Shown here: positions 7,998 through 16,723 of the stretch, in pieces
Layout: each line of letters begins with the position of its first letter
Position numbering within the stretch: the stretch's first letter is position 1
DNA from: Alphaproteobacteria bacterium
GTDB taxonomy: Bacteria; Pseudomonadota; Alphaproteobacteria; Bin95
Reading direction: 5' to 3'
Length of the DNA: 64,000 nt
NCBI GenBank assembly: GCA_964291285.2
Contig: OZ219788.1
Span: 128,001 to 192,000, forward strand
The notes under the pieces: generated by a model
Seen by the model: the letters and a program-made list of their open reading frames with translations, nothing else
Told to the model about the DNA's origin: nothing
Databases searched by the model: none
Position numbers and translations under genes: made by a program

Positions 7998-9035
7998 ATG
8001 ACACGGCTCTTGCGGTCCCTGCTGGCGGTTGCGCTGATTGGCCTCGCCATGCCGGGCGAGGCGCGCAGCGTCCGCGACTCCGCCGGGAGGGTCGTCGAAA
8101 TCCCGGACCGGGTGGAGCGCGTGTTTGCAGCCGGGCCGCCCGCCTCGATCCTCGTCTATGCGCTCAAGCCCGCCGCACTGCTCGGATGGCCGCGCGCGCT
8201 CCGGGACTACGAGAGGCCCTATATCGCCGAACCCTGGCGCGACCTTCCCGAGACCGGGCGGCTCACCGGGCGCGGCGGAGACGCGAACCTCGAACGGGTA
8301 ATTGCGCTCGGGCCCGACCTCATCGTCGATTTCGGCTCCGTGCGGGACACCTATATCGACCTCGCCAACCGCGTCCAGGACCAGACCGGCATCCCCTATG
8401 TCCTGGTCAACGGGCGCTTTTCCGAAACGGCGGCATCGCTCCGCCTCCTGGGCGAGGCACTGGGCGTCCCGGACCGCGGAGAGAGGCTTGCGGCGGACGT
8501 CGAGGCGACCTTCGCGGAACTCCGGGCCGCGCTCGGAGCCGTGCCCGTGAAGGAGCGGCCACGCGTCTATCTCGCCCGCGGCCCGGACGGGCTCGAGACG
8601 GGGCTGAAGGGCTCCATCAACACGGAGATCATCGAGCTCGCCGGCGGTCGTAACGTCGCCGATGCGCCCGGCCGCTACGGGCTGGTCCGGGCCTCGCCCG
8701 AGCAGGTGATCGTGGCCGATCCGGACACCATCGTCACCTGGGACAGGACCTTCTACGACCGTATCTGGCGCGAACCGCTCTGGCAGGGAATAACGGCGGT
8801 CCGCCGGGGCCGGGTCTATCTCTCGCCGACCGCGCCGTTCGGCTGGATCGACCGCCCGCCCTCCATCAACCGGATGATGGGCCTGAAATGGCTCGCCGGG
8901 CTCTTCTATCCCGAGTTGTGGCCGGGCGACCTGCGGGCCGAAACGCGCGCCTTCTACAGGCTCTGGTACCATGTCGATCTCGGCGGGTCGGACCTCGACC
9001 GGCTCCTCGAATGGACAAAGGGGCGCGCGCCCTGA
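7998..9035 (+). CDS. Class III (FecB/BtuF/MolA-like) ABC substrate-binding protein
   Basis: Signal peptide, DSAGRVVEIP...ERV, ANLERVIALGPDLI, AVRRGRVY..P.APFGWIDRPPS. Confidence 0.88.
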   Translation: MTRLLRSLLAVALIGLAMPGEARSVRDSAGRVVEIPDRVERVFAAGPPASILVYALKPAALLGWPRALRDYERPYIAEPWRDLPETGRLTGRGGDANLERVIALGPDLIVDFGSVRDTYIDLANRVQDQTGIPYVLVNGRFSETAASLRLLGEALGVPDRGERLAADVEATFAELRAALGAVPVKERPRVYLARGPDGLETGLKGSINTEIIELAGGRNVADAPGRYGLVRASPEQVIVADPDTIVTWDRTFYDRIWREPLWQGITAVRRGRVYLSPTAPFGWIDRPPSINRMMGLKWLAGLFYPELWPGDLRAETRAFYRLWYHVDLGGSDLDRLLEWTKGRAP

Positions 9036-10045
9036 ATTCCGCCCGCAAGCGCGGGCAAGCGGGAGCCGGAACGGCGCTCTGGCTCGCGGGCGCGCTGGTC
9101 CTCGGCAGCGTCGCCGCGCTGCTGGTCGGGCCCTATCCGCTCGGGCTCGTCGAAGCCTTGTCGGTGCTGGCCGGAGGCGAACGCGCCGGCCAGGCCGAAA
9201 CCGTGCTGCTGGCGATCCGGCTTCCGAGGGTGGCCGCCTCGCTGCTGGTCGGCGCGGCGCTGGCGGCGGCGGGCGCCTGCTACCAGACGATCTTCCGCAA
9301 CCCGCTCGTATCGCCAGACATTCTCGGCGTGTCCGCCGGGGCAGGCCTCGGTGCGGTGCTCGGGATCTTCCTGTCGCTTCCCGTCGCCGCGATCCAATTG
9401 CTGGGCTTTGCGGGCGGGCTCGGCGCGGTCGCTCTCGTCGGTTTCGTCGCCGCCGCGGTGAAGACGGGAGACCGCACCCTCGTTCTCGTGCTGGCGGGCG
9501 TGGTGGTCGGCGCGCTCGCCGGGGCGGCGACCTCGCTGCTCAAGGTCCTCGCCGATCCGTACGACCAGCTCCCCGCCATCACCTTCTGGCTGCTCGGCAG
9601 CCTCGCCGGGGTGAAGGCTGCGGACCTCATGCCCGCCGCGCCGGTCGTGGCCGCCGGCCTCGTGCCGCTGGTCCTGCTGCGCTGGCGGATCAACGTGCTG
9701 GCGCTCGGCGACGAGGAGGCGCGCGCGCTCGGCATCGAGGCCGGGCGGCTCCGCCTCGTCGTCATCCTCTGCGCCACACTCGTTACGGCGAGCGTCGTGG
9801 CGGTCGCGGGCGTCGTCGGCTGGGTCGGGCTCGTCATCCCGCATATCGCCCGCATGCTCGTCGGCCCCGGCTTCGGCCGGCTCCTGCCGGCGGCGGCCCT
9901 GCTCGGCGCCGGATACATGCTGGCGGTCGATACGCTCGCGCGCACGATTTCGGCCGCGGAGGTGCCGCTCGGCATTTTGACGGCCGTGGTGGGCGCGCCC
10001 TTCTTCCTCTGGCTGCTTGCACGGGGCCGGCGCGCATGGGCATGA
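9032..10045 (+). CDS. FecCD/BtuC-family ABC permease (probable CTG start)
   Basis: IRLPRV, QTIFRNPLVSPDILGVSAGA, GDEEARALG, GWVGLVIPHIAR; CTGA overlap with the upstream stop. Confidence 0.88.
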   Translation: MNSARKRGQAGAGTALWLAGALVLGSVAALLVGPYPLGLVEALSVLAGGERAGQAETVLLAIRLPRVAASLLVGAALAAAGACYQTIFRNPLVSPDILGVSAGAGLGAVLGIFLSLPVAAIQLLGFAGGLGAVALVGFVAAAVKTGDRTLVLVLAGVVVGALAGAATSLLKVLADPYDQLPAITFWLLGSLAGVKAADLMPAAPVVAAGLVPLVLLRWRINVLALGDEEARALGIEAGRLRLVVILCATLVTASVVAVAGVVGWVGLVIPHIARMLVGPGFGRLLPAAALLGAGYMLAVDTLARTISAAEVPLGILTAVVGAPFFLWLLARGRRAWA

Positions 10046-10857
10046 CCGTCGAAACCCGCGACCTCGCGATCGGCTATCCGGGGCGCGAGGTCGGATCCGG
10101 CATAACGCTCGCCGCCGGGCCGGGCGCGGTGCTCTGCCTGCTCGGCCCCAACGGGTCCGGCAAGACGACCCTGTTCAGGACGCAGCTCGGCCTCATTCCG
10201 GCGCGGGGCGGACAGGTGCTGCTGGAGGGCCGGCCGCTCGACCGCCTCTCGCGCGCCGAGGTCGCGCAGCGCGTCGCCTATGTGCCGCAGGCGCACGCGC
10301 CGCCCTTCGCATGGTCCGCTTTCGAGGTCGTGCTGATGGGCCGGACGGCGCGGCTCGGGCTCTTCTCGCAGCCGGGCGAGGCCGACCGCGAAGCGGCGCG
10401 TGCCGCGCTGGAGCGCCTGCGCATCGGCGGTCTGGCGGAGGCGGACTACACCCGCCTCTCCGGCGGCCAGCGCCAGCTCGTGCTGGTCGCCCGGGCGCTC
10501 GCGCAGGAAACGCCGGTGCTCATCATGGACGAGCCGACCGCCAGCCTCGATTTCGGCAATCAGGCGCTGGTGCTCCGGGAGATTGCCGGGCTCGCCGCAG
10601 ACGGGCTCACGGTCATTCTCTCGACCCACGATCCCGACCACGCCTTCGCCGTCGGCACCGATGTCGCCCTCTTGCATGAGGGGCGCGTGAGGGCGACAGG
10701 CCCGCCCGCCTCGGCCCTCACCGAAGAGGCGCTGTCCACCGTTTACGGGGTCGATGTCCGGGTGGAGCGGCTCGCCGGCGGCAGGACGGTCTGCGTGCCG
10801 TCGCTCTCGCGTCAGGGCGAGAGCCAGCGCACCGACCCGGCTTCGGACAGGTCGTAG
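10042..10857 (+). CDS. FecE-like ABC ATP-binding protein
   Basis: GPNGSGKT, LSGGQRQ, MDEPTASLDFGNQ, STHDPDHA. Confidence 0.9.
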   Translation: MTVETRDLAIGYPGREVGSGITLAAGPGAVLCLLGPNGSGKTTLFRTQLGLIPARGGQVLLEGRPLDRLSRAEVAQRVAYVPQAHAPPFAWSAFEVVLMGRTARLGLFSQPGEADREAARAALERLRIGGLAEADYTRLSGGQRQLVLVARALAQETPVLIMDEPTASLDFGNQALVLREIAGLAADGLTVILSTHDPDHAFAVGTDVALLHEGRVRATGPPASALTEEALSTVYGVDVRVERLAGGRTVCVPSLSRQGESQRTDPASDRS

Positions 10858-11705
10858 CCGCCCATCGCGGCGGCCTTGCGCCGGAAGGCGCCGCTGCCCG
10901 CGAAGGCCATGAGCGCCTGCACCCGGTCGGTGAAATAGGCCCGCCGGTCGATCAGCAGGTCGAACCGCTCGCTGACCAGCGGCAGGAAAGGCAAGTGGAA
11001 CTGGCGCGCCATCGCCTCGATGCCGGGGGCCGCATCTGCCTCGCCCGCGGCGACCGCCGCCGCCGCATCGCTCTCGGTCCGCGCCAGCTCCGCGGAGGGA
11101 ATCAGGTCCGACGCCGTCAGCCCTTCCTTCGACAGGAGCGCCTCGAAGAGCGCCGCCGCGCCCGCCCCCGGCTGGCGCATGACGACCCGCCGGCCCCGGA
11201 GGTCGGACATGCAGCGCACCTGGCTGCGCATCGCCTCCGAGAGCACGAGCCCCCGCGCCCGGCCGGCCCATGCGACCAGCACCGAACCGCGCAGGCCGCG
11301 CGCAGCAACGGTCCGGACATTCCAGTCCGTTTCCTCCGGTATGTGCAGCCCGGCAAGCGCGGCGCGGCCGCCGGCGAAGGAGTCCAGGCCGTCGAGGCTG
11401 CCGTTCCAGAGCGTCGCAAGCCCCGAGCCGGATTCGCGCACCGCCCAGTCGAGGAGCGGGTCGTGGGAGCCGGTCAACACCTCCGGCCGCTCGGGGGACG
11501 CGGCGTCGCCGCCGCCCTCGATCCACGCCAGGATCTCCGTGCGCGGGAAGAGCAGCTTGCCGGTGATCCGCCGGTGCGGAATCCCGCCCGCGGCGGCGAG
11601 ATCGTACACCTTGCGTTCGCGCACGCGCAGAAGCGCCGCCACCTCCTTCGTCGTGAGGTAAGGCGGCTGCCCGCCGCCGGTTTCTTCGGGAAAGTCCTGA
11701 GCCAT
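10812..11705 (-). CDS. Excisionase-type HTH (HTH_17) plus PBP-like (molybdate-binding superfamily) transcriptional regulator
   Basis: YLTTKEVAALLRVRERKVYDL...IPHRRITGKLLFPR followed by GSHDPLL, GSLDGL, RQPGAG, ERFDL, GGYD. Confidence 0.88.
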   Translation of the reverse strand: MAQDFPEETGGGQPPYLTTKEVAALLRVRERKVYDLAAAGGIPHRRITGKLLFPRTEILAWIEGGGDAASPERPEVLTGSHDPLLDWAVRESGSGLATLWNGSLDGLDSFAGGRAALAGLHIPEETDWNVRTVAARGLRGSVLVAWAGRARGLVLSEAMRSQVRCMSDLRGRRVVMRQPGAGAAALFEALLSKEGLTASDLIPSAELARTESDAAAAVAAGEADAAPGIEAMARQFHLPFLPLVSERFDLLIDRRAYFTDRVQALMAFAGSGAFRRKAAAMGGYDLSEAGSVRWLSP

Positions 11706-11807
11706 GGTTCCCGGGATTAATACCACTGTTGACGGGTCGATACCGACGAAGCCGCGGCCCGCTTCGGACCGGGGCGGCGCAACGCGGCCAGCGGACCTCC
11801 CGGCGGA

Positions 11808-11874
11808 TGTCATGAGATGTCATGTTTTGTCATGGTCCTCCTGCCATGTGTCATGAGATGTCATGTTCTGCATG
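11808..11874 (-). repeat. CATGACA arrays (TGTCATG on + strand) at 10-bp period: 3 + 2 exact copies and 1 degenerate
   Basis: TGTCATG at 11808, 11818, 11828, 11849 and 11859; TGCATG at 11869; GGACCATGACAAAACATGACAT is shared with 1588-1609. Confidence 0.9.
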
Positions 11875-12075
11875 CGCAGGGGTCATATGCTGTAGCCGTT
11901 TCAGGCATGAGGTCGTCCACTCTTTGGTCTCTTTCTGTATCTTGCGTTCACCGTCGCCCCGGCCCCGGAGCCGGGGCTCGTCCCTGACCGTTGCAGCCCG
12001 GTGGAGAGGGCGGAGGATGGACCCCGGCTCTCCGCTCCGCTCCGGTCGGGGTGACGGTTGAGGTTTTGCGGTCAT
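11851..12075 (-). CDS. Short hypothetical ORF (74 aa), possibly a deletion remnant
   Basis: Strong SD AAGGAGG 4 nt before the ATG; ends HDIS* inside the CATGACA array, like HDKT* of the TerS-like gene. Confidence 0.35.
   Translation of the reverse strand: MTAKPQPSPRPERSGEPGSILRPLHRAATVRDEPRLRGRGDGERKIQKETKEWTTSCLKRLQHMTPAHAEHDIS
11950..12058. repeat. Inverted pair of CGTC-type REP-like palindromes
   Basis: ACCGTCGCCCCGGCCCCGGAGCCGGGGCTC (+, 11950-11979) and ACCGTCACCCCGACCGGAGCGGAGCGGAGAGCCGGGGTCCAT (-, 12017-12058). Confidence 0.6.
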
Positions 12076-12089
12076 CGTTCCTCCTTACT

Positions 12090-12320
12090 CCGACGGGGAG
12101 CGGGTCCCTTTTCCGCGCGTATCCCGCGCGGGCGCCTGTGCACGTGCCGGCGCGCGTGTCGCGGCGGCGCGGTTCGCGCGCCTGATTGCGCGCGCGAGGC
12201 GGAGGGCGCACGTCTCCCGTCAGCTTCTCACGTGTTTTCAGAAACCGGCGCCGCTCGGCCGCGCAACGCCCGGGGACGCGGCTCCGGAGTCCGCTTCCCT
12301 GGGGACCATCATACCACAAT
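12090..12320 (-). repeat. Right copy of the diverged inverted repeat (promoter plus leader); partner at 305-515
   Basis: Same conserved blocks in the same order on the reverse strand. Confidence 0.85.
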
Positions 12321-12462
12321 CCGCCAGATGTTAAGCTCAAATCACGAACAAAATCCAAAAATACTGGAAATTGTTCATATTTCATGGATACAGACAGTGG
12401 ATAACGGTCAGTGAATAGTAAATAGCAGGCGGGCCAGAGCGCTATCCACCAGCCACCGGCAG

Positions 12463-13569
12463 TCAGCCTGCCGGGAAATAGTCCTCGCAACTGCCCTCGC
12501 GGCGCACATCCGCCGTCGCGCAGTGAAGGCCGCCGCCAAAGGCGTAGGCGTCGCGGAAGGGAACCGGGACCACCTCCAGGCCCAGCCTGTCGATCTGGTC
12601 CATCTGGTGGACCTCGCTCGCCTCCACGCAGACCGTCTTCGGGTCCAGCACCAGCACGTTCATCGACAGCCACACGCTCGAATAGCAAAGCGGCGGCGGG
12701 CTGTTATGCGCCGGGCGGGCCGCATCGACGATCTCCCAGCCATTGCGGTTGAAGACTTCGCGCTGCTCGTCCGGCAGGCGGCGCTCGGGATTGTTGAGGA
12801 CGAGGCCCGGCCGGAGCGGCGTGAAGCTCGCGTCGATGTGGATCGGATAGGGATCGCCCGGAAAGTTGAGCGCATGGACACGGTGGTCCGGGAAATGCCG
12901 GCGTAGCCACTCGATACCGGTGAGGTTCGTGGTGAAACCGTGCTGGACGAAGAGGTCGCGCCCGAAACGCAGCACGTCGGCCGCGTCGAACAGCGGCTCC
13001 GCCTCGGTGGTGACGAAATCCTTCGCCGCCACCATCTCCAGACGCTCCTCGATGGTGATGTCGTCGGAGAGGTAGTCCGGCTTGTAGGAGGCGTCCGTGA
13101 GGCGCGGCTTCGGCGCCGCCTCGTGGCGCATGTTCGGGTCATCGTCCCAGAAGCGCTTCAGCAGCGGGCGGTAGCAGAGATATTCGAACCAGCGTGAGCG
13201 GTAGGACATGGTCGCTTCGAGCATCTCGGAGCCGACCGTCAGCAGCACGTCGCGCGGCGGCTGGCAGCCGAACATCGAGCCGTGGCTCCAGTCCGGGGTC
13301 GCAATAGCCCGGTTGAAGTCTATGGGGTCCGGACGGTCCACCCGGATGCCGCGCTTCTCCAGCATGGCGGCGAAGGCGTCCAGCTGCTCGTTGGCGCGGT
13401 CCACGGTCTCCTGCGACCGGGGCCCGTGAACGCCGCGCATGTCGCTGTCCAGCGGGATTTTCGGATCGCTGGCGGGCTCCGGCGGCGGGATACAGCAACC
13501 GTCCGCCCGCCCCACGATCACATGGCGCAGCGGGTCCCACTCGTTCCAGCTGTTGACGACCGTCTTCAC
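12463..13569 (-). CDS. Amidinotransferase (glycine/inosamine-phosphate amidinotransferase family)
   Basis: VNSWNEWDPLRHVIVG, PRDVLL..G, PLFDAAD, HIDA and GGGLHC.T motifs; GTG start. Confidence 0.9.
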   Translation of the reverse strand: MKTVVNSWNEWDPLRHVIVGRADGCCIPPPEPASDPKIPLDSDMRGVHGPRSQETVDRANEQLDAFAAMLEKRGIRVDRPDPIDFNRAIATPDWSHGSMFGCQPPRDVLLTVGSEMLEATMSYRSRWFEYLCYRPLLKRFWDDDPNMRHEAAPKPRLTDASYKPDYLSDDITIEERLEMVAAKDFVTTEAEPLFDAADVLRFGRDLFVQHGFTTNLTGIEWLRRHFPDHRVHALNFPGDPYPIHIDASFTPLRPGLVLNNPERRLPDEQREVFNRNGWEIVDAARPAHNSPPPLCYSSVWLSMNVLVLDPKTVCVEASEVHQMDQIDRLGLEVVPVPFRDAYAFGGGLHCATADVRREGSCEDYFPAG

Positions 13570-13582
13570 GCTTTTCCCCCGT

Positions 13583-14473
13583 TCAACCGCCGGCGCGGAT
13601 GGTCTCGATGATCGAGGAGAAATCGCGCGGGCCGTTGCCCCCGGCCACATGGAGCGCCATCAGCGCCTCGGCGAGCGCGCCCATCGGCGTACCGGTGCCG
13701 CTCTTCATCGCGGCGTCTCTCGCAAGCCGCAGGTCCTTGACCATCATGTCGGCGGTGAACCCCGGCTGGAACCCGTTATTGGCGGGCGAGGCCGGAACCG
13801 GACCCGGTACCGGGCAGTAACTCGTCACCGCCCAGCTCTGGCCGGAGGAGTTGGCGACCACGTCGAAGAGTGTCTGGCGGTCGAGGCCCAGATTATCGGC
13901 GAGCGTGAAGCCCTCGCAGACGCCCAGCATGCTGATCGCCAGCATCATGTTGTTGCAGACCTTCGCCGCCTGGCCGTTGCCGGCCGGGCCGCAATGCACG
14001 ATCCGCGCGCCCATATGCTCCAGGATCGGGCGGGCCTTCTCGAAAGCCGCCTCCGGCCCGCCGACCATGAAGGTGAGCGTGCCCGCGACGGCTCCACCCG
14101 TGCCGCCCGAGACTGGCGCATCGACCATCTCAAGGCCTCGCGCCGCCGCTTCCCCGGCAACGTCGCGGGCCGTGGCGACGTCGATGGTCGAGCAGTCGAT
14201 GAGCAGCGTGCCCGGCTTCACCGCGTCCAGGACTTCGCCGGCACCCAGATAGACATCGCGCACTTCCGGGCCTGCCGGAACCATGGTGACGACCGCTTCC
14301 GCACCATCGACGGCCGCCGCCGCCGAGGCCGCCCGGGTGGCTCCGGCCTCGATGATGTCCGCCAGCGCCGCCTCCACCGGGTCCCAGGCGGTTACCGCGT
14401 GCTGGGCCGTCATCAGGTTTCGGGCCATGGGACCGCCCATATTGCCGACCCCGATAAATGCGATCCGCGCCAT
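13583..14473 (-). CDS. mmsB: 3-hydroxyisobutyrate dehydrogenase
   Basis: FIGVGNMGGPMA, DAPVSGG, GNGQAAKVCNNM, YCPVPGP. Confidence 0.93.
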   Translation of the reverse strand: MARIAFIGVGNMGGPMARNLMTAQHAVTAWDPVEAALADIIEAGATRAASAAAAVDGAEAVVTMVPAGPEVRDVYLGAGEVLDAVKPGTLLIDCSTIDVATARDVAGEAAARGLEMVDAPVSGGTGGAVAGTLTFMVGGPEAAFEKARPILEHMGARIVHCGPAGNGQAAKVCNNMMLAISMLGVCEGFTLADNLGLDRQTLFDVVANSSGQSWAVTSYCPVPGPVPASPANNGFQPGFTADMMVKDLRLARDAAMKSGTGTPMGALAEALMALHVAGGNGPRDFSSIIETIRAGG

Positions 14474-14485
14474 TCCGTCAGCTCC

Positions 14486-15577
14486 TCATGTCCGGGCGAA
14501 GCGGCGAACGGGATTGTCGAATGCCAGTTCCTCGTCCGCCGGAGAGAAATAGCCTGCGACCGCCTCCGCCGTCACCCCGGAAAGCGCCGCCGGCTGCCAG
14601 GCCGGGCGGTTGTCCTTGTCGAGGATGAGCGCGCGGACGCCTTCGAAGAAATCGTGGCCCCGCATGAACGCCTGCGACATGCGGTATTCCAGCGCAAGCG
14701 CTGCGTCGAATTCGAGCCCGCCGCCGCGCCGGTATTGCTCGAACGCCACCTTGAGCGAGGTCGGCGCCTTGGCCAGCATGGCCTTGCGTGTCTTCTCCGC
14801 CCATTCGCCGCCCTCGCCTTCCAGCGCCTCCAGCACCGCCTCCACCGACGGCTTCGAAAAGCAGCGCTCCATCGCAGGGCGCACCTGCGCGATGGGGGGC
14901 GGGCCGGGGTTTTCGGAGAAGCGGTCCAGCACCGCGCTTACCTCGGCGTGGTTGACCTCGATATCCTCCCCGTCGAGCGGAGCGGCGGCCAGCGCGGCCT
15001 TCAGGTCCTCCAGCCGCGCGCTCGGCACGTAATGGGTCGCGATGCCGGCATGGTAGCTGTCCGCCCCGCCGAGGCGGGCGCCCGTGAGCGCGAGATAGAG
15101 CCCGAGCCGCCCCGGCAGGCGGGGCAGGAACCATGTCGCGCCGACATCGGGAAAGAAGCCGATGCCGGTTTCCGGCATGGCGAACACCGTGCGTTCGGTC
15201 GCCACGCGGTGCGAGCCGAGCACGGAAACGCCGACGCCGCCGCCCATCACGATGCCGTCAATCAGCGCGACATAGGGCTTCGGGTAATGGAAAACCCGCC
15301 AGTCGAGGATATATTCGTCCCAGAAGAACATGCTGGTATAGGGATCGCCCGCCCGGCCCGCTTCGCAGAGCCTCTGGATGTCGCCGCCGGCGGCGAAGGC
15401 GCGCTCGCCTGCCCCTTCCGCGACCACGGCGCGGACCGCAGCATCCTCCGCCCAGGCCAGCAATTGCCGGTCGAAGGCATCCACCATTTCCAGGGTGAGC
15501 GCATTCATGGCCTTCGGACGGTTCAGCAGAACGAGGCCGAGGCCGCCGCTGCGGTCGAACAATATGTCGTCTTTCAT
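14486..15577 (-). CDS. 3-hydroxyisobutyryl-CoA hydrolase (enoyl-CoA hydratase family)
   Basis: [43 protein letters not shown]. Confidence 0.9.
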   Translation of the reverse strand: MKDDILFDRSGGLGLVLLNRPKAMNALTLEMVDAFDRQLLAWAEDAAVRAVVAEGAGERAFAAGGDIQRLCEAGRAGDPYTSMFFWDEYILDWRVFHYPKPYVALIDGIVMGGGVGVSVLGSHRVATERTVFAMPETGIGFFPDVGATWFLPRLPGRLGLYLALTGARLGGADSYHAGIATHYVPSARLEDLKAALAAAPLDGEDIEVNHAEVSAVLDRFSENPGPPPIAQVRPAMERCFSKPSVEAVLEALEGEGGEWAEKTRKAMLAKAPTSLKVAFEQYRRGGGLEFDAALALEYRMSQAFMRGHDFFEGVRALILDKDNRPAWQPAALSGVTAEAVAGYFSPADEELAFDNPVRRFART

Positions 15578-16713
15578 CGCTCCAGCAGCTTGCGTGCGAT
15601 AATCAGGCGCATGATCTCATTGGTGCCTTCCAGAATCTGGTGGACCCTCGTGTCGCGCAGGAAGCGCTCCAGGGGATAGTCCTTCAGGTAGCCGTAGCCG
15701 CCGTGGAGCTGCAGCGCCGCATTGCAGATCTCGAAGCCGGCGTCTGTCGCGAACCGCTTCGCCATGGCGCAATAGCGGGTGGCGTCCGGGTCTCCGGCGT
15801 CGAGCGCCGCCGCCGCCCGCCAGGTCATCAGGCGCGCCGCGTCGAGATCGGTCGCCATGTCCGCCAGCCTGAACTGGAGCGCCTGGAAATCGGCGAGCGG
15901 GCGTCCGAAGGCCTTGCGCTCCCCCATATGGCCGGCCGCCGCCTCCATCGAGGCCCGCGCCGCGCCTATCGAGCAGGCGGCGATGTTGATCCGGCCCCCG
16001 TCCAGACCCGCCATGGCGATCCGGAAGCCGTCGCCCTCGTGCCCGACCCGGTTTGCGACGGGCACCCGGCAGTCGTCGAACAGCACCATGGCCGTCGGCT
16101 GCGAGTTCCAGCCGAGCTTCTTTTCCTGCGCGCCGTAGGAGAGGCCCGGCGAGTCCGCCTCGACGGCGAGGCAGGTGATGCCGTTCGGCCCCTCGCCGCC
16201 CGTGCGCACCATGCAGACGATGACATCGGTCTCGGACGCCCCGGAGATGAAGGCCTTGGAGCCGTTCAGGACGTAGTCGTCCCCGTCGCGCTCCGCGCGG
16301 GTGGCAAGCGCTGCCGCGTCCGATCCGGCGCCGGGCTCCGTCAGCGCATAGCTTGCCAGCTTCCGCATGAAGCAGAGGTCCGGCAGCAGGCGTTCGCGCA
16401 GCGTGTCGTGCCCGAAGCGGTCGATCATCCAGGCGGCCATGTTGTGGATCGAGATATAGGCCGCGGTGGAGGTGCAGCCGGCCGCAAGCTCCTCGAACAC
16501 CACAGCCGCGTCCGTGCGCGCGAGGCCAGAGCCGCCGACATCCTCTCTCACATAGAGGCCGCCGAAGCCGAGCGCGGCAGCCTCGCGCAGTTCGGCCTTG
16601 GGGAAAATGCACTCCGCATCCCAGCGCGCGGCATTGGGCGCGAACACGTCCTCCGCGAAGCGGCGGGCGGCGTCCTGAAATGCCTGCTGGTCTTCGGAAA
16701 GCGCAAAATCCAT
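15574..16713 (-). CDS. Isobutyryl-CoA dehydrogenase (acyl-CoA dehydrogenase)
   Basis: [35 protein letters not shown]; clustered with mmsB. Confidence 0.9.
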   Translation of the reverse strand: MDFALSEDQQAFQDAARRFAEDVFAPNAARWDAECIFPKAELREAAALGFGGLYVREDVGGSGLARTDAAVVFEELAAGCTSTAAYISIHNMAAWMIDRFGHDTLRERLLPDLCFMRKLASYALTEPGAGSDAAALATRAERDGDDYVLNGSKAFISGASETDVIVCMVRTGGEGPNGITCLAVEADSPGLSYGAQEKKLGWNSQPTAMVLFDDCRVPVANRVGHEGDGFRIAMAGLDGGRINIAACSIGAARASMEAAAGHMGERKAFGRPLADFQALQFRLADMATDLDAARLMTWRAAAALDAGDPDATRYCAMAKRFATDAGFEICNAALQLHGGYGYLKDYPLERFLRDTRVHQILEGTNEIMRLIIARKLLER

Positions 16714-16723
16714 GGTCAGCCGA

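Noticed and set aside
12345-12385. Possible alphaproteobacterial LexA box (GAAC-N7-GAAC)
   Set aside because: Only single half-sites match (GAACaaaatccAAAA); too degenerate.
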